A stretch of 64,000 nt of DNA from Gnetum montanum (Eukaryota > Plantae > Gnetophyta): contig MNCI01000918.1 in NCBI GenBank assembly GCA_015680685.1, forward strand, positions 85,042-149,041, read 5' to 3'. The translations under genes and the position numbers were made by a program. Under the pieces are notes generated by a model. That model saw only the letters and a program-made list of their open reading frames with translations. It ran no database searches and was not told the DNA's origin. Positions 14,901 through 29,900 of the stretch are shown here, piece after piece (the first letter of the stretch is position 1; every line of letters starts with the position of its first letter).

Positions 14901-17900
14901 CTACAAAGAAGTGACTCAACAAGTGGCAACAAAGTAAGCAATAGGATGACTAAAAAATACAAGATAGCAAAGAACACAGTGAAGAAGATAGTAAGCAAGG
15001 TTAAACTTAGTACTTTCAATACATTTATGTAAAGCTAGGAACCAAGAGGAAGAGAAATCGATTTACAAGATGACCAGAACCTGAAACAAGAGGAACAAAG
15101 ACATATCAAATGCATCATGTCAGATGATGAAAGGATTTTGTTTATAGACAAAAATGTTGGAGCAATGAAGTGTCTATTTTCAAGAGTTTCTTAACAATGA
15201 ATTTCCTAGAGATGAAGTTGATGGCAGCAAATCAAACATAGGAATGACCGACTATACATATGCCTTTGAAGTAAAGAAAGCCCTTATGATGATGATGAAT
15301 GGTAAATCAATAGGACCAGATAATATCACATAAAGATATGGATATGGAAGATATAGGGATCACTTGGTTGACAAATTTATTTAATAAGAGTCATGAGATG
15401 GGGAAAATGCCAAATGATTGGAGTTGAAGGACCATAGTACCCTTCTACAAGAACAGGGGAGATGTTCAAAACTATGGAAACTATAGAGACATCAAACTCA
15501 TGAGTCACATCAAGAAGCTATGGGAAAGAGCTATGAAACAATGTTTAAGCCAAGAATCAACTATTTCTGAGAATCAATTTGTTTTTAGGCTTCAAAGATC
15601 AACTATGAAATATTCCTGCTATGAAAGTGATGTAAAAAATTAGGTATAAGAAGAGGAACCTCCATATGATTCATTGATTCGGAAAAAGCTTATAGAGTTC
15701 CCTTGAAAATTATTTGGTGCACACAGGCTATTCAAGACATGTCTGATGTAGCCACAACTCAAGTCTGCACCATCTGTGGCAAGACCATGGACTTCTCCAT
15801 GACGGTAGGGCTACATCAAACCCTTATTTGTTTCCCATTATCATGGATGAGTTAACTAAAGAAATTCACAATGATATTCTTTGGTATATTCTCTTTGCAG
15901 GTAAAATTGTATTGGCAGATAAATCTATGAAAGCCCACGCTACAAATAGGGAGACTTGATGAAGTGCCCTAGGAAGATTAGTAGAAGTAAAACAGAATAC
16001 ATGAAGTACAGCTTTAGTAGAATAGCAAATAATGAAGATATAAAAGTTAAAATTCAAAACCAAAGAATTACTCAATTTAAGAAATTCACATACTTGGGGT
16101 TACTTCATCGAATGGAAGGTAAGATAAACAATGATGTGAAATACAAAAGTAAAGCAGGATGGATGAAATAGGGAGAAGCTAATAACGTGCTTTGTGATTG
16201 AAGACTCTCTACTAAGTTTAAGGAAAAGTTCTACAAAACTACTATCAAACCACTGATTCTTTATGATGTGGAATGTTTGCTAATCAAAAAGCATCAAGCT
16301 CAGCGTGTAAATTTCACAAAGATGTGAATGCATAGGTGGATGTTGAGTATCAATAGGAAACACCGCATCAAAAACTCCCTTATTAAGATAAGTTTAGATG
16401 TAACACCAATAGATGGGAAGATTAAAGAATGTCATCGATAGATGGTTTGGTCATGTCTATTAGAAAGTTACTTTTGGTCATGTCTATTAGAAAGTTACTT
16501 TATTAAAGTTGAGAGGAAACAACAAATAGGTAGTCCAAAACATACTTAGGTGTTAATACTTATTTGGCTCTTGAAAGAAGTCGGCAGTGAAAAAGTATTC
16601 ATATAACTGACCCTATGAAGTTGAGATTAGGCTAGGATGATGATTCCTTAATTCATTAGATTCTACCATACTCAGATCTCTTTTACTAAAGAGGTAAAAA
16701 TAAAATTTTATTAATGAAAAAATAAGATTGAAGTACAACCACAATTGTCTTGGGATCTTAGAGATCAACCAAGGAACATGATCAATATTCAGTTGTGTAA
16801 GCAATTGAAAACAATGATCGTGATAATGCAAAAACTAAAATAATCATCCCACTGAACCAATTCATTCTTAACCTTAAAAATAAAAATTTTAATATCATAA
16901 AATTCAAATTATTATGTAGTCACCTCCTACTTATATCACATTATTTTTTCAGGTTTTTACTATTAACCAACATACTTTATATAAATTGTTTTGAAACTAA
17001 ATTTGCAACTATCTTTGATCATTGTAACATCCATAGCTTGAATATATATATCATGTGTACACCATCACCATCCTTGGGGACAGGGGTTAGGAGGTTGGGG
17101 GCATGATGTTTCAAATTATACTAAAGATTCATCATCCGTTGCAATTGGTTTCCCAAGTATTGGAGAGTTAACGAAAAGCTAAGATGTAGTGGCTAACAAT
17201 TAGTTTTAAGCAATAAAAAATTTTAAGTTAAGATGTAGTGCTTAATGGCTAGTTTTAAACAATAAAAAATTTCATGTTCAAGTTAAAAGAAGAAGGAAGG
17301 AACAAGAAAGCCATGAGCGGGAATGGGAGAGGGAGAAGGAGTGGGAGCAGGAGCGGGCATGTGAGTGATGGTAAGGATGGCAAGGACCACAACTCTGATA
17401 GATGAGATGCGATCAAGGAGGGGCCTTTGGGCAATGGTGGATCGAATGGCGGTGCTCGCCAAGACAAGGGGTTGGGTGGTTCTAAGGGGTCTCATTAGGC
17501 GGTGGAGAGGGCTGTTCTGAGAGAGGCTGGACAAGTGCTATCCATTTGGGGGCCTGAAGCTAGCAAGATTGAGGGGTGCATGCAGGAGAAGGGGTCCATG
17601 CGACTGCAGATTGCAGTGGTTCCAAATGAAGGGTTGTAGATTTTGGAGCACAACCTCATCGAGAAGTTTATGTCAGCCGATGCAAGGCCGAAGTTGGAGG
17701 CGGTTCACCAATGGGTGGTGATGCAGTGGGCTTTCTACCAAGTTGGGGTGAAGAGTCTACTTGGGAATCTTATTTTGTTTATCTTTCCGACGAAGTCAGA
17801 CCATGATTGGGTCCTTTTGGGGGGGCCCTAGTTATTTGGGGCCAGAGGGCTGGCGTTGACCCAATGGCGACCAAGGGCGCATTAGGACCCTAACTTGTTC

Positions 17901-20900
17901 TCGAGGTGCCAATGTGGATTCGAGTTTCGGGGATCCCTTGGGAGTTGTGGACTTCAAGGTTTCTAAGGATGCTCGCAATTTCGTTTGGGGAATGCATTTC
18001 CTTTGACCAGCCCACGGCAGCCATGGACAGGCTGGGCTATGCTTAGTTCTATGTGTGGATGTCTCTCGCAGTGAAAGACCTTATTACAAAAGTTATGCTA
18101 GAGCTCCCTTCAGGTGAGGAGCACATTTAGGTTGAGTACAAAAATGTTATCGTGGAGGGGTTTTCGACCATGACGGTATGGGAGCTGTGGCAAAGGGGGA
18201 CATGTTACTGTAGATTGCAAAGTGGTGCCTAACCCCAAAGGGTCGAAGATGACAAATGAGGGATGGACTCAGGTGACCCAGAGGTGGGGCTAGGCCCATA
18301 GTCAAGGCCAAGGGGGGTACACAAAAGGTGCATGCTACTAGGAGAGGAATTGGGGGGGGCCTCTCAACAGCCTCAACCTAGGGCTAACTGGGTGCAAAGA
18401 GGACCTGATGAGTGCACTAGCCCAAGAGAAGGCCTTGGGGACGAATGGCCAGCAGAAGGGTGGGGTAGTTGTGGAAGGGGAGGGGCCAACGTCGTCAGCT
18501 GGGGTTCCTCTCGTTGATCGTATGAAGGGTGGTGAAGGGTGCCGAGGAGATGGTGCCCCAGGTCACCTATTTCGTTTGGGGGCTCATCGCCTCGAGGGTC
18601 CTTAGGGAATTCAGGTTGTGGGAGACTATCGCTGGGAAATTGGGTGAACATGCCCAATGGTAGCCCAATGTCATCCATGTTAGTTGTTGTGAGGGGTAGA
18701 CTGAAACCAAATGAAGGTCTTGTCGTCTCCCCTGAGCCTACCAAAGCAGGGACAATCGGGCTCGGTTGTTTGAACGAAGAAGTCATAGAAGGAGGTCAAC
18801 CTAGGGGTCCAGCGGACCATCTAGGAGGTTTACAAAAAGTGCAACTTTGGTAAACCATGAAACTCCTCTCATGGAACTGCAAGGGGTTGGGTACCCCCTC
18901 TAAATGTAATACCCTCCAAGATTTGGTGCACATGGAGCATTGTAATGTTGTTTGTTTGCAAGAAACCAATATGCTGCCAAGCAAACGGCAATGCCTCAGC
19001 TAGCAAGGATGGACAACTTTCTTGGTGGGATGCTAGGGACGAGCAGGGGCAGTGGTGGTGCTCTCTTGATGGCCGTTCAACACCGTGGATTCTTTGGATT
19101 GGAGTATTTCCTTCTGGACCCCCACAAGGTTGATTGTCATCAATTTCTATGGGGCTTAATAGTCTGAGGAGAGGCTCCAAAAGTCGCAGAGGATTGTTGT
19201 GCTAATGCCAAACCAACAACGGTGATTGTTGGTGGAGGACTTCAACCAATGGTTCTTTGCCTAGGAGAAGTCGGACAGTGGTTTGCACAGGCCGTCTGGA
19301 GCCCAACCGTTTCTCCAGTTCCTAGACGTGTATAGGCTAGTGGATTTGGAAATTGGGGGATGTCAGTTCACATGGTGCAATGGACGTAAGGGTGTGTCCT
19401 AGGTGTTGAGCAGGATTGATTGGTTGTGGGCGGCCTTGGCGTTGATGTTGCAAAGGGGTGTGGTGGTCCAGGGTCTAGCACGGGTGGCCTTGGACCACAG
19501 GCCGTTAGTGTGTACGATGGAGCCCCAAAAGCAAGGGGGATCATCGGTGTTTCGGTTTGAACGATATTGGGTTCACAAAACTTGGTTGTGGCCAATGGTA
19601 GAGGATATCTGGCAAGGCTACAATGGGACATCGAAGCCCAGGGAATTTCTAAAGCAAGGATTAACTATGGTCAAGTATAGTATTGGATTGATGTGGGTAG
19701 ATCATAAGTATTCATTTCGGGTGTGTCACGGGGAGTTGCTCAAGCCTCTAACGATGGTCTAGGCGAGGCAAGAACAAGGGAACCACTAGGGAGATAACAA
19801 GGTAGAGGTCCTTGCAGAGTTGCGGCACTCGAGGTTGAGGAGGAGAGCTACTGGAGGCATTGGAGAAAGAGGACCTAGTTGAAGGAGCGAGATTGTAATT
19901 CCCGCTTCTTTTTTGCTGCAGCGTGGTCAATGAGACATTCCAAAAGCCTTAACTGCCTCATGGTGAACGGCTCCTCGGTGGAGGGGCAAGAACAAGTAGT
20001 GGGGGTGCTGCTGGATTTTTGGTTAGATATCTAACGACATCAGTAGGTCTCACCTCTCATTATTCCAATCAGAAAAGTTTTAAATGAAGCGAACAACAAG
20101 TTGTTGTTGGCTCCGTTCACGCAGGCAAAACTGAGGGTGGTGCTCGCTTCGATGAAGAGGGGCCAGGCCCTAGGGCCAAATGGGTGGCCGATTGAGGTTT
20201 TGCCAGGCTTTTATGGATGCTTTTAATGCTATGTTGTGGTGGGGGGTTGTTAGACGGGAGGTCAACTATGCTCGGGTAGTGCTTATCCCTAAGAAGGACA
20301 ATCCATCCCGCCCCGCAGATTTTCAGCCTATTGGCATCTGCAACATGTTGCTTAGGCTTTTTACGAAATTATTGGTGAATCATCTAAGGCCACTAATGTT
20401 GCGCCTTGTGGGACTGCAACAAGTGAGTTTCGTTAAGGGCCGACACATACAAGACCATATCATTCTGGTACAAGAAGTGGTTCACTTGCTCCAAGCAAGT
20501 AAGTTTCTTGGGATGTGTTTGAAGTTGGACATCACTAAGCCTACGATATTGTTGCTTGGGAGGCTCTGCGAGAGGTTATGCTTCACAAAGGATTCCACTT
20601 GCACTCCATTGATCTTTGCATCAACATTTAGAGGTCAAGGCTTTTTCCTTCGATGTAGAGGGAAAGTTATAGGGTTTTAAAACTATTGGGAGAGGACTTC
20701 AACAAGGGGATCCTTTGTCTCCATTCCTCTTCATTCTAGTCATGGATACGATGCAGACCTACTATGAAGCTGAGGGGGTTGAAAGGTTTGGATGTCAATG
20801 GGGTGCAATGCATGGTGGAACATTATGTAAATGACACTATTCTCTTCTCACAAGCTGCTGTGCTGCAAGCACATGCCATCAATAGAGCCATCTACCACAT

Positions 20901-23900
20901 GGGGAAGGAAATCGAGCTCTAGATCAATCAGGGTAAGTCTATCGTTCATCTCTTAAATACTGAAACAGGGATAAGGGGAAGAATCATTCAAGTGTTGGGG
21001 GTGTTGCCCGATTTGGCTTAGGACAAGTATCTAGGGCAACCGTTGTTTGATTAGCATCAATGTAGAGCGTGGGGGTGGGGGGATGAGGGTTTGCTCCGAC
21101 AGATACAAGAACGGGTTTCTCATTGGACAAATCTATTTTTGTCGTGGGCTGGAAGGGTGTTATGGGCTTGGGCAGTGTTGTCAACCATAGCACGTTTTGC
21201 TGCCAGTAAGGCTCAACCCCTAGCGGGGATGAATGACCAAGTGGACCAGCTTATTCGTGAATTTGTTTGGTCAAGGGGCAAGGGGGGGATGCATCTCCAC
21301 TTGGTGGCTTGGGACAAGGTGGCGAGACCTAAAGATGTGAGGGGTTTGGGCATACTGCAATTCTGGGATGTTCTAGAGATGGGACATCAAGACCTTTTGG
21401 GGAAGTTACTGTCGCAGGATTCAAATCCTACATAGTGGGTTGTCATCCTACGGTGCAAGTACATGCCTTGGGAAACAGGTGAGAATGTTTCAAAAATTTG
21501 GCAAGCGATTTGCAGGCACATACGGGGGCATGTGCAGGCGTAGATGATAGCAGGGTTGTTAAATGCCCCACCAAAACAACTAATTTGGGATTCATTTCGG
21601 GATTGATTTCCTCCAATTGGGGAATGGTGCCACATGTGGAAGGGGCATCTGCCTGAGAAGATAAAAGTGTTTATTTGGTTATCGTGCCATGATGCTATTC
21701 CCGTACATTGGAAACTATGAAGGCACAACATGCACATCAAGGACACATGTCACCTCTACATGGCGGGGGTCAAAACCACCATGCACTTAGCCTAAGAATG
21801 TATTTTGACGCAACAAGTGTGGTGCGCATCCAACTCACCAATCAAAACGAAGCTTAATGGGGAGTCTCTAGACATTGCCATTTTGTGGAGGCTGTGGTAT
21901 GTGCACAACTTCTAGGTGTTTAGGGGTGAGCCACTACCAAGGCCAACGCAAATTGCTGCGAAAGGTGTGCGCTTGTGGCGGGAGGCTTTGTGTGTGATGG
22001 TGGCAACATCAACTATGGAGCCCCCATGTGACGAATTCCAAAGGAATGAGGTGATGTGGCATCTTGTGACATAGGCAGGGTGGGCCAAGGTGCTTCCCTA
22101 GTTTCAGGGGAACCCTAGACTAGAGGACAGGCCGTTTTTCACCAACTGGGTGGGGGATTGAACGATTTTTTGCAGCACCTGCATTGAACTCACGAAGGTT
22201 ACCATTGCGTGGTTGGGGGTTGAAGGACACCAAATATTTTTTCCCCAAGGCTATCCCCAAGAAGGGAAGTGGACAAGTGCCAAAGATGGCCTTAGAGCCA
22301 CTATGGTAGGAGACAACAGTCCTGGTGGATCATTTTTTTGTCCAATCCAGAAATGCTTGGAAATTGGTGGGGGGTCGACTTTTCTCTAATGAGCTACTTG
22401 CACCAAGGGTGTTAGGCGAATCTACCTTGGTTCTTTCGGGCTTTGTTGAGGAGGCAGCAGCAGGGTTGCCACTTTGGCCTTATTCTAGCCCTTTGGAGGG
22501 TTGCGGGGGCTATACTGCTCATGAGGGGGATGGGGCTGTCGATCCATGTAGTTTATGGTTGACAGTTGCGCTGCTTGCCGTCGATGGTTGTGGAGCTCTT
22601 TCGAGTCAGAGAGGCCTCATTCTTTTTTTTCTTTTTTTCTTTTTTGGGAGGGGGGGGTGGATTTGCAAGGGGAGAACCTGAGGGGTGTGTCCAAGGGTGA
22701 GATGGTTGGGGCCCCCTCTCTAGGAGGGGGCTAATTCAATGCTACTCAGGAGACAGAGGCCCAAGCTGGAGCTTGTCTACAAATGGGTTGTAACCACTTG
22801 GGGCCTTGAAAACATCGTTGTGTTGAGTCTCACGAAGGAACTAATCCTCTTTGTTTTCCGCAATATCTAGGATCAGGATAGAGTGCTGCTGGGGGGGTCC
22901 ATGGTTTTTTAGAGCTTGAGAGTTGGCCCTTACGCCATGGCACCTGGGTGCCCACCAAGACCAAGACCTTTTCTCTTGTCCTCTTGTATGGATCCGAGTC
23001 TTAGGGATCCCTTGGGAGATCTAGACATTGGCTTGTGTCAAGTCACTAGCGATGTTCTTGAGGGATTTCATTACGCTCACAAGTTCACAACAACGATGGA
23101 GCACATGGGCTTTGCCAGATTTTGCGTTTGATAGACCTTGTCCCCTACGGATCTTCTTAGGGAAGTAGTTTTGGCCCTCCCATTCAGGGAGGAGGACATA
23201 TTGGTTGAGTACGAAAACCTGATGGTGGAGAGCACAATGGTAGACACCAGGGTCGATCAATGTAAGTTTTGTGGTAAGCAGAGACATAAATCTAAAGCCT
23301 GTAGGGCCAAGGCAAGAGACCAGGCCACCAAGCAAACCAATGTGGATGGCTAGATGAAAGTGAAAAGGCGGGGGCGCCAACCACCCCACATGCGGCCGCT
23401 TGTGAGGCCAGAAGGATCCAAACAACCTACCAAGTTGCCTAAGAAGACCACGGCTCCAAAGTCGGCTAAGGTGGTGCAAGAACCATGTGTGGAGACGGCA
23501 TTGACCAATGGGCCAATGCAACAATTGAGTCCAAGACCTCTTCTTGAGGAGGGTTTTGCCACATCGCCAGATACAGCAATGCCTGACAAAGAATTGCCTC
23601 CCCTTGGGGATTGGATGTCTGTGGTTTAGGGTTCAACCAAGCCCAGCATGGGGGAGATGCCGCAATATATTATTGAAGCTGGCGAGGGGTTCAAGGTCTC
23701 AACGGAGGCTAGGAAGGTCGACATGCCGTCCACACCACTGGTACGCAATAGACAAACCCAATTGGAAATTGATTTAGGGATTCAAACAACCCTGAAAGAG
23801 GTCTACTAAAAGAGATCGATTGGTAGACAATGAGAACCATGACTTGGAATTGAAGGGGCAGGGCACCCCCTATATACGTCATGTCCTAAAGGAGATTGTG

Positions 23901-26900
23901 CATCAGGAAAACTGTTATGTTGTATGCTTGCAAAAGACTAAGCTACAACAACGGGAATTTGGATTTCTTCAATGGGAAGGCTGGCAAGTGCACCAAGTGG
24001 CTTGCTAGAGGAGAGCTGGTGGATTGGTTGTGCTGTCTCGACTGAATTTCCAGTTGGTGGAGTCCTTGAACTAGAGCATTACCATTCGTTTGCCTTACCT
24101 AAGTATCTAGCTTACGAATTTTATGGGAAGCAAGAGTGGGAGAAGCGACTTAACGAGCTCGGGCAGGTTGATGCATTGCTCCCTAATAGGTGACAGTGGA
24201 TTGTCATGGGGGACTTTAATCAATGCTTACACCCCTGGGAGAAGACGAGTGAAGACAACACCGCACTTGCAGGTGTGGAGCAATTCTTACCATTCATGCA
24301 ACAGCATGAGCTAGTGGATCTGGAAATTGCAAACTGCCGCTATACTTGGAGCAACCGTAGGAAGGGTAGTGCCATAGTGATGTCCCGAATTGACCGGGTT
24401 TGGATTGGGTCCCCCCTCCTGCTGGTGATGGACATGCGGGTCACAGGGACAAAAAGGCAAACCATGGATCGTTGACTGCTCATCTCTCAGATTGGGTGGG
24501 AGTCACATCCTTTGGTGTCAAGATTCCATTTCGAAAGAACCTACCTCATGAAGCATGGCTCCAACCTTTAGTGACTACCATCTGGGACAAATATTCTTCA
24601 TATAGGGATTCATGTGATTTCCTTGCTAATGAATCACCCTCCTAAAGAAGGAAATTCGCTCGCACAAATAGGAGGAGAAGTATACCTTTTGATCGCATTG
24701 GGGAATTCTCCAACAGCAGCTTATGGTGGTCCAAGCAAGGCATGAGGCAGGGGAATCTTTGGTTTAGGAGGAATGGACTCTCCTCATTGAGTTGCAGCAA
24801 CTAGATAAGGAAGAATCGGAGTATTGGAGGCAATGCGCAAGAAATAGGTGGCTAAAGGATGGGGATCGGCTGACGCGTTTTTTCTTTGTTGCGGTGTAGG
24901 CTAACAACATGGCCAAGAAGGTGCCATAATTGATTAGGCAAGGACAAGTTCTGGAATAGACTAAGGATATAGCGTACGAATTCCAAACCTACTAGGCGAG
25001 CATTTGGAGGGCATGGGAGAGGCTTCCGCTATCTATACCTGTGATGAGGGTCCTTACTAAGGAGGATAACCGCAAACTGCTTGAGCCATTTTCATGGTGG
25101 GAGCTTGAGGATGCCATGGGGCATCTTAAGTTGGGTAGGGCTCCTAGACCAGATGGGTGGACCATAGAGTTCTTCAGAGAATTCACAGACATCCTAGGGG
25201 AGAATATGTTGGATGTGTTCAATAGTATGCTCAGATGACGACAAGTTCGCCGCAAAATTAACTGCTCACAAATAGTGCTTATCCCCAAAATGGCCTGCCC
25301 ATACAAGCCCTCACACTTTTGGCCACTTGGGATCTACAACACCCTCCTTCGAATATTTACTAAGTTGATTGTTAAAAGATTGGCTCCTTTAATGCTGAGT
25401 CTGGTCAATAATAACCAAGCAAGGTTTGTGAAGGATTGTTTCCTACAAGACCAAGTTATCTTGTTGCAAGAAATTCTACACTCCCTTTGGACCACACAGT
25501 TTCCAAGTATGTGTTTTAAACTAGATACTACTAAACCTTATGATCCTATAAGTTGGGACGCTATGAGGGATATCATGGCCCACAAAGGTTTCAGCCATGA
25601 TTTTATTAACCTATGCCTTCACATACAATCGTCAGCTGCTTATTCCATTGACCTTGAAGGGGGCCTTCAGGGTTTCTCCTCCCCCGGGCGGGATCTTTGA
25701 CAAGAAGACCTTCTATAGCCATGCCTTTTTATCATTGCGATGGACACTTTAAAAGATTACTATAGAGTTGAAGGGGTGTTGGGGCTCCACATTGCTAGGG
25801 TCGAGTGCATGGCAAAACATTATGCCAACGATAGTATTCTCTCTACCAGAGCTATAGTGCCATAGTCTAGGGCAATGGATCAAGCTCTGGCTAGAATGGC
25901 CCAGGAGGTCAAGTTGGAGGTGAATCAGACCAAGTCCATCCTTTATCTGATCCACATGGATGCCCAAGTGAAGGCAAGAATTATCTAGATCTTGGGGGTC
26001 TTGCCAAGAACTGATCAAAATGTGTGCCTCAGATTCCCCATGTTTGCATGGACTAGACAATGGGCCTAGCTCAAATTGCTACAATAGGTACAGCAATGAA
26101 TTGGGCATTGGATGACACAGTTTCTAACAAGAAAAGGTAGGATTCTCTTGGCCACAATTGTGCTTTCCCCAATTGCTAGGTTCATGGCATCTATTGCCTC
26201 CCCCCGCCTCTTCTCTCTCTCCTCCCAACCATGATATTGGAAACAAAGTGAACAAGTTGATACGCAATTTTATCTAGTCTGGGGGAAAGGGGGGTAGTGC
26301 TTTCATTTAGTGGGATGGGACACAATGGCGTGACCTAGGGAACCAAGTGGGATTCGAATTTTAAAATTTTCTGACCTAGTGACTATGGGCCATTAACAGT
26401 TGGTTCACAGGCTGACCAATTTAGATGCAAATCAGGCACCATGGATCCACATCATGTGAAATAAATACTAGCAATCGACTGTGGCACCTAATGATTTGAT
26501 ACTTTGGCGATCCCTCTACTGCCATGTGCAACACATGAATCAATTGGGATTTATGGCTATGCAACCCACCTAATCATAAAGCATCAATATCCAACAGTCT
26601 CTAGCTGGCTGCCAATTTGGCGAGGGTGACTGCCAGAAAAGATAAAGGTGTTTTTGTGGTTGGTTAATCATGCGGCCATCCCCGTGCATGTGGAGTTGCA
26701 AAGATGAGGATTAAGGCTGGACGATACATGTCCCTCATGCTACTAGACATCGAAAACGTGGTGTCACTTTGCGTTCGAACGTCGTTTCAGTAGGACGACA
26801 TGGCAGGCCACTAGCATGCCCCCACCTATAAATTTAAACAGTGATTTGAAGGCCACCACCATTATATGGTGTTTGTGGAGGGCACGGAACCATGTGATTT

Positions 26901-29900
26901 TTTGACAGGTGCCTTTACCAGCACCAACACATGTTGCAAAGGAGGATGTGAGATTGTGGTGCAAGGCAATTCTCAACATGGGCATGACTCCCACTTTTGA
27001 ACCTTCATGCATGTGGTTTCAAGGATGGGCAAAGCTATGGGACCTAGTCAGGTAGGTTGGATAGGCAGAATTTCTGCCACTGCTAAGGGGTGACCTAGCC
27101 CTGTTTATAGGAAATTCTTCACCAATTGGTAGAATGAATGGGGTCAAGATTGACTTCACAAAAGCAACACTAACTAGGGTTTTGGATGTGCTTACTATTG
27201 GCGACCGTTTGGGACGCGACTGCCAACGAGTGTCCTCGAACAGGATTTAGGTGCCTATTGGTCTCTGGCAACACCAAGGCTCAGATACCTCCAAATAGAC
27301 TCAGTAGTTAATGTGAGTATGTGTGTGTGTTGTTGCGGCGTGCGGTTGTGAAATATGAAACGATTGCGTTGTGTGTAAACTACAAATGACTTATCTTAAA
27401 GAGATTCAACCAACTTTGCCAGTACTATGAGTTTTTGAGAGTTCCTATTTTGTTCAATTGCCTAGTCTATGCGGTCCTTATAATACCTACTTGTAACAAA
27501 AAAAGTTTTGCAAAAACATTTGANNNNNNNNNNNNNNNNNNNNNNNNNNNNNNNNNNNNNNNNNNNNNNNNNNNNNNNNNNNNNNNNNNNNNNNNNNNNN
27601 NNNNNNNNNNNNNNNNNNNNNNNNNNNNNNNNNNNNNNNNNNNNNNNNNNNNNNNNNNNNNNNNNNNNNNNNNNNNNNNNNNNNNNNNNNNNNNNNNNNN
27701 NNNNNNNNNNNNNNNNNNNNNNNNNNNNNNNNNNNNNNNNNNNNNNNNNNNNNNNNNNNNNNNNNNNNNNNNNNNNNNNNNNNNNNNNNNNNNNNNNNNN
27801 NNNNNNNNNNNNNNNNNNNNNNNNNNNNNNNNNNNNNNNNNNNNNNNNNNNNNNNNNNNNNNNNNNNNNNNNNNNNNNNNNNNNNNNNNNNNNNNNNNNN
27901 NNNNNNNNNNNNNNNNNNNNNNNNNNNNNNNNNNNNNNNNNNNNNNNNNNNNNNNNNNNNNNNNNNNNNNNNNNNNNNNNNNNNNNNNNNNNNNNNNNNN
28001 NNNNNNNNNNNNNNNNNNNNNNNNNNNNNNNNNNNNNNNNNNNNNNNNNNNNNNNNNNNNNNNNNNNNNNNNNNNNNNNNNNNNNNNNNNNNNNNNNNNN
28101 NNNNNNNNNNNNNNNNNNNNNNNNNNNNNNNNNNNNNNNNNNNNNNNNNNNNNNNNNNNNNNNNNNNNNNNNNNNNNNNNNNNNNNNNNNNNNNNNNNNN
28201 NNNNNNNNNNNNNNNNNNNNNNNNNNNNNNNNNNNNNNNNNNNNNNNNNNNNNNNNNNNNNNNNNNNNNNNNNNNNNNNNNNNNNNNNNNNNNNNNNNNA
28301 ATAATGAAAAATAATTCCAATAGCTCTATATAATTGTTTAAAATTATAGCTCCAATAGCTTTTCATTTTTACTGGTTTAAGATTTTTAAGAATACTATTG
28401 AAGCCCTTAGTAATTTTATGAACAAGGTGATGGTATAATATCTACCTTGGTATAGATGTTGATGGTAGCTAATCTATGTCAATTTATATAACTAATTTAT
28501 GTGCACTTGCACCCATATGAAAATGGCTGGAAACAAAAATTAAAATCCAAAACATCAGGTCCGAATGCAAAGGTGCCAGGCTTGGAATTGCCAGCGAATA
28601 TTTCCAAAATATCCCGCCCCTGCCAAAAATCGTTATCAACCGCCACCGCGGAAGAAGGCTCTGCCACTGCATCCAGCATCGTTGCCGTGTGGTGTTCGGT
28701 TGCTGAAGAGCAAAGGAGAAAGATCTTAAAGAAAAAAAACGATGTGCTGAACATATGGCCCTAAATATAGGGTTTCAGTTGCCTGGAATTTGTTTTGTTT
28801 TGCCCCAAATTCGCGTAGGGCTTCCTGCGTTTTTTTTGTTTCTGCGGATCATCCTCCAAATTTCTGCCGTTGATTGCAAAGTCAAGGGCGACCGTGCCAT
28901 GGATCAGAGTATCAGTGAATGACAGCATCTGGTATGGTAAGTTAAGAATGGCCCTATAACAGCCAGAAAAATCTCCACACAGTGCACGCATTGCAGAACA
29001 CAGAGAACGTCCAGGAAGGCGTCGAAGGCAGGTGGATCAACTGCATATTGGTAGAAAAATTTTGAAACTGAAATTGTTTCTGTTTTGAAAGCGGCAACGG
29101 CCATGAGAGCTCTTCCTTCCGCCGTCTTTGAACCCACGTCCCTGCAAGGTTCTGGCACAACACGCCCGGCAGGGGCGCCGCTGATTTGGGGCCAAAGAAA
29201 ACAATCGGTTTATGCGTAAAAATAGAAGCCATTACAAATCAACAAACCTTAGCACTTCTCTGCGTTAGTACCAACGCGTCTCCTTTCCAAAGCATGAGCA
29301 ATACCATAGTTTAGAGCAATACCATAGTTTAGATCATCGTATTTACTATTAATAATATCTTTTCCATTTGCAAACATCTACTGATAATTTCCAAATTTTT
29401 TATTTCCAATGCTCTTCTCTTATTTTTTTTACCAGTATCCAAATGATCAATTCTTGAACTTATTTCTAACAATGAAGAATTCCTTACTTGTCAATTCATT
29501 CACCATTGGCACATTGTCTCTTGCTATCTTCTACTTACTGCCTTTCATATGTGCATCATTATTTCCACCAATAATATTATGGTCTCTCTTAGATCCCATA
29601 CCAATGGTATGAAATAACACATTTACACTCTCCCATTCTTACAATAATGTTTAAAATGAATCTTACTGTTCCATGAAATGGCCAAATGTGCCAACACTTA
29701 CGTTCAATGATATTGTGGTTCCAATGCTATAGGGATTATAGGATGCCCAATTTTTCTTCGCCAGACCAATTCCATGAACTGCTAGTGATTAGGTCCCTAA
29801 ATCAACATCGCCAACATTGTGGCAAATAGCAGCAAAATTAGTTGAGCATATTTTTTGTACAAATAGGGAATGTGTGGAAGTTGCAGGGCACACACTTCAC

